The notes under the pieces: model-generated
Told to the model about the DNA's origin: nothing
The model's input: only the letters and a program-made list of their open reading frames with translations
The model's database searches: none
Translations under genes and position numbers: made by a program
Source of the DNA: Coleofasciculus chthonoplastes F2-STO-03
GTDB taxonomy: Bacteria; Cyanobacteriota; Cyanobacteriia; Cyanobacteriales; Coleofasciculaceae
Length of the DNA stretch: 64,000 nucleotides
Reading direction: 5' to 3'
NCBI GenBank assembly: GCA_040222015.1
Contig: JAVJWO010000134.1
Coordinates: 1-64,000 of the forward strand
Shown: one piece after another, positions 56,547 to 64,000 of the stretch
Position numbering within the stretch: position 1 is the first letter of the stretch
Layout: the number at the start of each line of letters is the position of its first letter

Positions 56547-59012
56547 TCAGCAGCCCCTATTTAATCGTCTCCAAAACACAGGTAAGGTGTAAATCCAAAT
56601 TGTAACTGAGGGTAAAAAGAAAGGAATTAATAAAGCAGCAGAAATATAAACCTGTAAGCCAATGATTCCATAAATAGCGGTGGCACTGGTTAATAGTAGC
56701 AACCATTGTCCTGTCCAAATTTGTCGGCGTTCACTGATGAGTAACACCATTCCTTTACCGAGAAATGCCGCAATACCAACCATCCACAAATCTGGTATTG
56801 GAATCACTAATCGCTGGCTTAATAAATGGTACATGGTATAGGCATGAGATTCACCCCCTGTATATACAGGGGGATAATTCAGGTGCGGATTTTGCGAGCG
56901 CCAATAAGATACAGCCATAGGAATGGGAAAGTTATCACTCCCTCCATCAGTTACCCCAGCTTGGTCATATCCGCCCGCCGCAATCAGGACAACTTGCTGG
57001 TTTAATTGTTCCGGTGTTGGTGCGTTATCAGTATTTTCCAGTAACTCCCAAGCGGCAATTGTTTGATAAGCATAATCGGGGGGAATGGAAAAATCAAGAA
57101 TTGGATATAACCAAAGTTGTTGGAAATTTCGCGATAGGCTAGTCATTGCCGGAAGGCGCAACGGATGCAAAAAGTCGGTGAGGGGATTGGGTGCGGGATT
57201 GTTGTCTAAATAGTGAATGAATCGGGTGCGGAAATTTGCCGATGAATCCGTCTCGGTTAATCGCTGCGGTTGGGGTAAATTCGGATTAGGGGCTTGATTA
57301 GCGGCGTAGGCAAGGGCTAATAAATAGGCAAAGGAACAACTATCCGCACAATTACTATTGGCGGAGAGAAGTTTGGCGTACCACAGTCGCGCATTGATAT
57401 AAGCTTCTAAACTCCAATTGGGGTGAGCGAGACTATCAATTATTCCCAATTCTTCGTTACCAGTTTTTACCGAAGCAAAGACTAACCAGGTTTGTTTTTT
57501 ATCAATGGATTGCTGAATGGATTGCGCTAGAACGTCATCTTCATCGGTGGGACTATCCAGGAGATAATCTAACCCAATAACTTTGGCATCTAAGGCGGTA
57601 AGCTGATCAATAATACGGGCTAAATAGGTGCGATCAATGGGATTAATGCGGCGTGCATCAATATTGGCATGAATGAGAGACTCGCGATCAATATGCACTA
57701 ACAGAACAGGGGGAGATTTATCTGTAGGAAGCTGTTCAGTAATGTTCCGATAAACCGACTGCATCCAAACCCGCCGTTCTAGTAGAAAATCTTGCACCCC
57801 AGGGCGTAAACTAAGAAACATGAGAACCAAAAGTGCGATCGCTTCGGGTTTCGTCGGTAACCAACGCTTAACCTGTTGCTTCCAGCCTGTGGGTTCTAGG
57901 CGAAACGGGGGGGCGTCAGGATGGCGAAATAGGGAGGGAACCAGATAAGCGCTGGGATAGGTGAGATGCTTTTCTAATTTGAGATACCGACACGCTTCCC
58001 GCAGGGAGTCTTGCACATCATGAAACTGGGCTAACCGTTGCAGAAACTGCACCAGGAATTCTTGGGCGACTTGGTTATGAATCGGTTCTCGCATCACCGC
58101 CACCTGAGGAAAGCCTAAATCAATCAGGGAATTGGCTAAACTGAGTCCATTACAGGAGTTAAACAGGGCAAACTGTAATCCCCGTTCCTTGGCGATTTTC
58201 AGAGGGGTAGCGATTTCACTGAAATTCAGAGACACTCCTGGCGCGATCGCAAACTCTCCTCCGGTTAATATAGTTTCATTACTATGACCCGCAAAAAATA
58301 AGATATCCCAGCCCCGTTCATCGGTAATTTGCTTGACAATTTCCGTTTTTAATGATTCAGTTTCCTGTCCCGGTTGCCAACCGACAAACACAATCTCAGC
58401 AATTCCCGTGAGCGATCGCACCGCCTCTTGATCCGCCTTAAAATTTAATCCGGTATCATCTCCCCAAATCACCAAAACCCGCGCCCGTCGCCGCCGCCTC
58501 GGTGTCACGGTAGTGCCTTGAATTGTCAGAGGTGTCCGCAGGATATGAATTTGAGATGGTGCCGCAAACTCCGTCCCAATTTCCCAGGCTTCCCAGGGTA
58601 ATCGGGCGAGTTCTAGGGGATTACAGGTGAGAAAGATTTCGATAATCGGGGTAATGTCTTTCATCCCCTGATCTCGAACCGCCTGAACGATACGAGAACG
58701 AAGTTCAAACAACTCCCCTCGCCGCAACCATTGATGAAACTCGTAGAGTAACTTTGCCTCAGCTTGAACCAGTTTAGCGTGCCAATCGATGGGGGGTTTC
58801 CTCAAGTTCCCCATCTGAGACACCCGCCCTCGCAACGCCTGCTTATAGAAACTCAGATAAACCTTACTCCACTCCTGATAGAGGGTAGTTAGAGTTTCCG
58901 GATAAGGTACAGTCACACCAATTAGTTGTCCTCGCCCCCAAGACAACTCAAATAGACAAGCCTGTTCGATGCGCTGAACTTTGAGATAGAACACAAAACG
59001 GTTGGGAGTCAT
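56547..59012 (-). CDS. CHAT + CHASE2 domain membrane protein
   Basis: LPWEAWE, FFAGHS, FNSCNG (CHAT His/Cys); VLLVHID, DRTYLA, VIGLD (CHASE2); three C-terminal TMs. Confidence 0.85.
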   Translation of the reverse strand: MTPNRFVFYLKVQRIEQACLFELSWGRGQLIGVTVPYPETLTTLYQEWSKVYLSFYKQALRGRVSQMGNLRKPPIDWHAKLVQAEAKLLYEFHQWLRRGELFELRSRIVQAVRDQGMKDITPIIEIFLTCNPLELARLPWEAWEIGTEFAAPSQIHILRTPLTIQGTTVTPRRRRRARVLVIWGDDTGLNFKADQEAVRSLTGIAEIVFVGWQPGQETESLKTEIVKQITDERGWDILFFAGHSNETILTGGEFAIAPGVSLNFSEIATPLKIAKERGLQFALFNSCNGLSLANSLIDLGFPQVAVMREPIHNQVAQEFLVQFLQRLAQFHDVQDSLREACRYLKLEKHLTYPSAYLVPSLFRHPDAPPFRLEPTGWKQQVKRWLPTKPEAIALLVLMFLSLRPGVQDFLLERRVWMQSVYRNITEQLPTDKSPPVLLVHIDRESLIHANIDARRINPIDRTYLARIIDQLTALDAKVIGLDYLLDSPTDEDDVLAQSIQQSIDKKQTWLVFASVKTGNEELGIIDSLAHPNWSLEAYINARLWYAKLLSANSNCADSCSFAYLLALAYAANQAPNPNLPQPQRLTETDSSANFRTRFIHYLDNNPAPNPLTDFLHPLRLPAMTSLSRNFQQLWLYPILDFSIPPDYAYQTIAAWELLENTDNAPTPEQLNQQVVLIAAGGYDQAGVTDGGSDNFPIPMAVSYWRSQNPHLNYPPVYTGGESHAYTMYHLLSQRLVIPIPDLWMVGIAAFLGKGMVLLISERRQIWTGQWLLLLTSATAIYGIIGLQVYISAALLIPFFLPSVTIWIYTLPVFWRRLNRGC

Positions 59013-59202
59013 AGTCGATAGAATCGCCGATTGGCAACCACGATGCCTCGTTTCTTGATTCTATCTCTCAGCCGTGAGGGGGATATGCAGTTTACCTTAG
59101 TCGGTGAACAGGAATCCAGCCATCATCTTTGACGCCAGTATGTGATGCATCGTCAGTAAGCGTAATAGCGGTTTGTAGAGACGTTGCATGCAACGTCTCT
59201 AC

Positions 59203-59775
59203 TTAAAGTCCCATCACATCTTCATACAACGCTTCAATAGGACAGTGAAAATCAACACTAGCCAAGTGAACTTCTTCCCCTTGACTATAGGGATGGAGAA
59301 CCCAAAGTCCTTCAGAATTACGCCGAAAATACTCTACACTAATCCGTTCTTGATTAATTAGTACGTAGTCTTCTAAACTGTCTAAGGTTCTATAGTCAGC
59401 AAATTTATCTCCTCTATCAAAAGCGGCGGTTTTAGGAGATAGGACTTCAACGACTAAACAAGGATAGCGAATAAAGTCTTCGTCAGAGGAAGAATTATCC
59501 CGTTCATCACAAGTTACCGTGACATCGGGATAGTAATAAATACTAGCCGCTTCAATCTGGACTTTCATATCTGCCATGTAAGGGATACAACCTCTCCCCC
59601 GCAGATGGCTTCTTAGCATCGCAAATAGGTTGCCTGCAATAGTCACATGGGCTTTACTAGCACCTGCCATGGCATAAACTTCCCCACGAATATATTCATG
59701 CTTGATTGGGGACACTCTCTCTCCTTCTAAATAGTCTTCTGGAGAGATATAGGCGTAATTTGGACTCACTGTCAT
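59203..59775 (-). CDS. Uma2 (DUF820) family endonuclease-like protein
   Basis: KHEYIRGEVYAMAG, YPDVTVTC, VEVLSPKT, DRGDKF. Confidence 0.92.
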   Translation of the reverse strand: MTVSPNYAYISPEDYLEGERVSPIKHEYIRGEVYAMAGASKAHVTIAGNLFAMLRSHLRGRGCIPYMADMKVQIEAASIYYYPDVTVTCDERDNSSSDEDFIRYPCLVVEVLSPKTAAFDRGDKFADYRTLDSLEDYVLINQERISVEYFRRNSEGLWVLHPYSQGEEVHLASVDFHCPIEALYEDVMGL

Positions 59776-60172
59776 TTGAGCAACACTCCCTTTTTTATTA
59801 TCACTTAGGTTTTACGCAATTTGAGGATTTAAACTATAGAGGTAGGGTGGGCAATGCCCACCTAATAGCTTGGCAAGGTTAAAACAGTGGTCAAGTATTT
59901 TCGACTTTTTTATTGTCACTTAGGATTGATGCCACTGACTGGTATGTTGGTGGGCAATGTCCACCCTACGGTATATCAAAGGTTTCGGTGATTCCCTAAT
60001 GCTTATTTCAGACTACTAAGCTGTGATGCATTGACAATAATTTTAAATGATGAACCGCTTATTGATAAGGTGGGCAATGCCCACCCTACATGAGACTATG
60101 CGTCAATCCTATTACTGTTATTGTTGAAGTACACTCTATCGTACCCCGACAAACAATAAACGGATCACATCC

Positions 60173-60622
60173 TTACTCGTAAATCCAAGGATTGATGGTT
60201 GGTTGCCAACTTACCAGTTCCTCTTCCTTAAACCAAAGCTTAATTTCCTCTTTAGCCGTGTCTGATCCATCGGAACCATGAATCAGGTTGCGACCAACCG
60301 TAACGCCAAAATCACCCCGAATCGTTCCCGGTTCAGCACTGAGGGGATTGGTTGCACCAATGATTTTCCGAGCAGAAGCGATAATCCCCTCCCCTTCCCA
60401 AACCATGGCGACAACAGGACCAGAGGTGATGAATTTGATGAGTCCAGCAAAAAACCCCTTGTCTTTGTGAACCGCATAGTGTTGTTCAGCCAGTTCCCGG
60501 CTAACACTCATCAGCTTGAGTCCCACCAGGGTAAAGCCTTTGGTTTCCAGGCGTTGGATAATTTCACCCACCAGATTACGCTGGACGCCATCTGGCTTAA
60601 TCATCAAAAATGTTCGCTCCAA
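60173..60622 (-). CDS. ndk: Nucleoside-diphosphate kinase
   Basis: [32 protein letters not shown] start at 60622. Confidence 0.96.
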   Translation of the reverse strand: MERTFLMIKPDGVQRNLVGEIIQRLETKGFTLVGLKLMSVSRELAEQHYAVHKDKGFFAGLIKFITSGPVVAMVWEGEGIIASARKIIGATNPLSAEPGTIRGDFGVTVGRNLIHGSDGSDTAKEEIKLWFKEEELVSWQPTINPWIYE

Positions 60623-60870
60623 ATTTCTCTCCTCAAGATTTTTCACAAATTACCAAACCCAGATTAGACCATATTCGTGTCCATCGCCCAATCAGACTAA
60701 ATCTGGGTCAACTAAATAGATGGTAGGGACAAGGCAACAGGCAACAGGCAACAGGCAACAGGACTCAAGGTATAAAGGTTACAAAGGCGGATTGGGTATC
60801 ATGTTTCAGCAAGGCGAGAGACGTTCCATGGAACGTCTCTACAAATTCTAGTGTGGTATTATCTGTTTGT

Positions 60871-61950
60871 TTACTTCGTCTTGGTTTGCCCTTTAGCCTG
60901 TTCTAATGCAATTTCTTTCAGCGCCTGATAAGAATTGGAATTTGAGGTTCCTTCAATTGCCTTAACTGCTAAATCTTGCACCTGTTTCAGCGCCGCATCC
61001 AGTTGTTTGGAGAGATTTTCAATGCGGGATTCCTGATTTTCAATGGTTTCTTGCAGCGATTCAATTCGTAGGTTATAGAAGCGTTTTTGCCCGTCGATTT
61101 CTAACTGTTGTAAATCTGCCTTAACTTTAACTTGATTATTCGCGATCGCCTTTCCTTGTTCTTTGGCTTTCTTCACCGCCGCTTCCTTCTCTTGGTCAAA
61201 GGCGTCTACCTTAGATTTTAACTCATCAAACGTCTTCTCCTGTTGTGCGATCGCCTTTTCTCGCTCCTCCCATTGCTGTTGTTGCGCTTGATTGGCTTCT
61301 TCCAATTCCTTGTACAGGCTTTTCTGTTGCTGCTCGTAAGCATCCTGATCTAAATCACGGCGTAATTCCAAATCATACTTGTACTCTTGCTCCTCCCGTT
61401 GACGACTTCTTTGATCGTCTTCGTTCCGCTCCTTAATGGCTTGTTGATGTTCAGCTTGTTCTTTTTGCCAAGCTTGACGCAAGTCCTGAATTTCTTGTTC
61501 TAATGCCTCTCGCTGTTGACTGAGTTCGGCTTCAAAGGTTTTTGAGTTTTCTTCGTAAGTTTCAATTAACTCATCCAGCGTATCTTCTTCAATTTCATCT
61601 AAATCATATAAGGCTTCAAGCTGTTGTGTTTCTTCGGCAACCGCTTGGCGCAAGTCTTGTAAACTTGCGGCTTCAGTTGTGAGTTTTTCCGATAACTCAC
61701 TCACCGCACCACCAAATCCAACGTGCAGCTCAACCAGGCAATCCATGGTTGCTGTCATTTTATCAGAAGCGGTAGACAGCTTTTTACTCACGATTCCAGA
61801 GTGCTGACCATTTTGAGATGCGCCGTTATTTTTGACCTCTTTCTGAAGTTGTTTTAGTTTACTTTCTAATTCTTTCCGTTCTTTCCATAATTCTTCATAA
61901 GATTCGAGGATTTCAGCTTTGGTGTTTTTGCTATTGGGTTTACTTGCCAT
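60871..61950 (-). CDS. Long coiled-coil protein (paralog B)
   Basis: E/Q/K-rich heptads; homologous to the upstream gene. The ORF extension to 62040 runs through a REP. Confidence 0.8.
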   Translation of the reverse strand: MASKPNSKNTKAEILESYEELWKERKELESKLKQLQKEVKNNGASQNGQHSGIVSKKLSTASDKMTATMDCLVELHVGFGGAVSELSEKLTTEAASLQDLRQAVAEETQQLEALYDLDEIEEDTLDELIETYEENSKTFEAELSQQREALEQEIQDLRQAWQKEQAEHQQAIKERNEDDQRSRQREEQEYKYDLELRRDLDQDAYEQQQKSLYKELEEANQAQQQQWEEREKAIAQQEKTFDELKSKVDAFDQEKEAAVKKAKEQGKAIANNQVKVKADLQQLEIDGQKRFYNLRIESLQETIENQESRIENLSKQLDAALKQVQDLAVKAIEGTSNSNSYQALKEIALEQAKGQTKTK

Positions 61951-62156
61951 AATTCTTACCTGGGATATTCTGAATCGTGATGGATGATCAGTTAATGGTT
62001 GGGTTAGGGCGGGTTTAGTTACGTTATCGGTTTTGTCCACAACGTTATTGGTGAAACCCGCCCCTACAACCCGGCTTACCCTAGATGGGCGGGTTTAGTT
62101 AAGTTATCGGTTTTGTCCACAACGTTATCGGTAAAACCCGCCCCTACAGAACGGAT

Positions 62157-63158
62157 CTAGGCTTTGCTTTTGGGAGCATTATTAACGTTTGTCGAACTAT
62201 CAAAAGCCCTCATTGCCAACGCCTGAGACTGCTTGAGGCTATCCTGCAATTGAGCATAGAGTTGATTAATTTGTTCAGTCTGCTTTTGAATTGTTTCTTC
62301 TAGGGACTGAACTTTGAACTCATAACTTTGCTGGCTGGCTTCCCATTCTTTATCCAGTAACTCCGCTTTAACTTTGGCGTCTTGGTGAACCTCTTTAATC
62401 GCCTCTTCCCTGGCTTTTTTCACCGATTCATCTAAGTCTTTGGGGAAGTTATCAACTTTTTGCTGATATTCTTTAAATAGAGGCTGACGCTCTTGCAGGA
62501 TTTTTTCCCGTTCTGACCAATGTTTTTCTTTTTCTTGATTGGCTTCGCGCAGTTCTCGTTCTTGGTTACGTTTTAAGGTTTCATATTCATCAGCCTCAAT
62601 TTTGCGCTGACGTTCTATTTGGTAAGTATAGTCAGATTCTTGCTGTTGTCGCTCTTTGGCTAAGGATTCAGCGTCTTCCTGAACCTTTTGCTCAAATTCC
62701 GCCTGTTCTTTTAACCAGGATTTGTGCTTATCCGCTTTATCTTTCTCAATCGCCTGACGCTGTTCTGTGGTGGTTTGTTCAAGACGTTTCCGGTTTTCCT
62801 GGTGTTCTTGGGTGAGAATATGCAAAGCGTCAGCGACGACGCGAATTTGTTGTAAGTATTGTAGTTGCTGTGTTTCTACCTGAATGGCTAACTTGAGTTG
62901 ATCGCTTTTTGCTGATTCAGTGGTTAATTTTTCGGAGAGTTGATTAATAATTGTGCCAAAGTCTAATTGTAAATCGGCTAATCCTTTGACAATACTATCG
63001 ACGGTGTAGGTTGAGGCGACGTCTAGAACATGTTGATTTTTCTGTTTTTCAGCTTCTTCTTCCTTGGTAGCGATTTTGGAGTCAATGGTTTTGCGTTGGT
63101 TCAGGATTTGCTCAAAGGCTTGAAAAATTTGGTCTTTGCTGTCTTTGGTTGCAACCAC
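62157..63158 (-). CDS. Long coiled-coil protein (paralog A)
   Basis: GTG start with AGGAG RBS; shared motifs LSEKLTTE, Y.Y..E, SL.ETI..Q...I..L..QL, LA..A. Confidence 0.8.
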   Translation of the reverse strand: MVATKDSKDQIFQAFEQILNQRKTIDSKIATKEEEAEKQKNQHVLDVASTYTVDSIVKGLADLQLDFGTIINQLSEKLTTESAKSDQLKLAIQVETQQLQYLQQIRVVADALHILTQEHQENRKRLEQTTTEQRQAIEKDKADKHKSWLKEQAEFEQKVQEDAESLAKERQQQESDYTYQIERQRKIEADEYETLKRNQERELREANQEKEKHWSEREKILQERQPLFKEYQQKVDNFPKDLDESVKKAREEAIKEVHQDAKVKAELLDKEWEASQQSYEFKVQSLEETIQKQTEQINQLYAQLQDSLKQSQALAMRAFDSSTNVNNAPKSKA

Positions 63159-63297
63159 AATTGGTCTCCTTATTCTCAATAACTTACATCAATCCGCGAT
63201 CGCATGTTCCCTAAGTTAGCCTCTCAGGATTGGGATCGGGTGTGATCTGGGCGTCTCAGGTGGTTTACTCGACTCGCGATCACCTCGTTCTAAATTT

Positions 63298-63347
63298 AGT
63301 ACATTTGTACTATAAATAGTATAGTCAGAGTGTCCGGCAACTGTCAA
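63298..63347 (-). promoter_or_regulatory. sigma70-type promoter TTGACA-18-TATACT with a LexA box over the start site
   Basis: -35 at 63347-63342, -10 at 63323-63318; AGTACATTTGTACT at 63298-63311 fits the cyanobacterial consensus RGTAC-N4-GTWCB. Confidence 0.75.
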
Positions 63348-63749
63348 GTTAAGCAAACAGCCGTTAAACCGCGTAAAGTAAAGCTATAGAAAGAATTTGA
63401 CGGAATTTAGTTGGTCAGCATTAATTTTGCTCGATTCCTCATACAGTGCCTTTGGTAGTAATATTATGTCCGGTTGAATACTCACATTTAGGTGGAGACA
63501 AGGCAGAGGGCTCCAAGGGAAGAAGCTTTTGTTGCAAGGAAGAAGGATATTACGGTTATTTCGGCGGAAATGATATAAGTTATGCCAAAGATTTAAACCA
63601 AATTTTGCTTTCTTAATATTTACTTAATCTTTATTTAATCTTTACATTTGGCGATTGGATTCTACCGTTGCCGATGCAGACAGACCCATCTATCGGGCGA
63701 GGGAGGTTGTTTCGTCAAATGTTAAGAATATAGAACCAGGATGACTCAA

Positions 63750-63815
63750 GGTCAGGAACCCCACGCCTAAAGGCGGGGGCTTGGAATTGAGCCGCAACCT
63801 GACCAGCCTAAGACT
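63750..63815 (+). mobile_element. Truncated IscB/HEARO-type omegaRNA 5' end (IS200/IS605 end remnant)
   Basis: GGTCAGG..CCTGACC stem enclosing the CCCCACGCC-taaa-GGCGGGGG hairpin, followed by AGCCTAAG. Confidence 0.65.
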
Positions 63816-63854
63816 TACGCTTCTCCCCCTTACCAACCCCAATTTCCGATTCCG

Positions 63855-64000
63855 ATGAAAATCTTCATAACCATGGAAGCACAACAACGCAGGAATCTAC
63901 TCGCTCTATTCGCGGCGGGTCTTCTGTTTTGGTCAAGTTTAGCTTCGATGCTACCAGCATTACCCCCTTACATTGAAGACATGGGGGGAACAACGCAGCA
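63855..64000 (+). CDS. MFS transporter, N-terminus (partial)
   Basis: MKIFITMEAQQRRNLLALFAAGLLFWSSLASMLPALPPYIEDMGG, a typical MFS TM1; open to the window end. Confidence 0.7.
   Translation, partial: MKIFITMEAQQRRNLLALFAAGLLFWSSLASMLPALPPYIEDMGGTTQ

Overview
Chromosomal window from a filamentous cyanobacterium. This is inferred from frequent HIP1 octamers (GCGATCGC), 7-mer short tandem repeats, Uma2 genes, a PEP-CTERM protein and a cyanobacterial-type LexA box. Housekeeping genes (usp, mrdA, potA/D/B, ctpB, recJ, ndk, VKOR-Trx, Anbu) alternate with two accessory blocks. (1) About 11.6-23.6 kb: a HIP1-free cluster encoding a lipoxygenase, three RoxA/MauG-like diheme c cytochromes, a small membrane protein and an Old-Yellow-Enzyme reductase, followed by enoyl-reductase-like, ABM and DJ-1 genes. 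This is the best candidate for an undescribed oxylipin or unsaturated-lipid transforming system. (2) About 34.9-52.3 kb: SNF2+SWIM genes, then a DUF499 ATPase / small protein / DUF1156 methylase / PLD-SNF2 'restriction-like' defence operon. A REP-associated tyrosine transposase sits inside this operon, with about 24 cognate REP hairpins around it. Several of these REPs are in frame within the defence genes and nucleate tandem repeats. Other notable items: a TnpB right end, an IscB-type omegaRNA remnant, MITEs, a Roco pseudogene, a PEP-CTERM heme peroxidase, and a coiled-coil paralog pair behind a near-consensus promoter overlapped by a LexA box. All calls were made by eye from motifs; no database searches were run.
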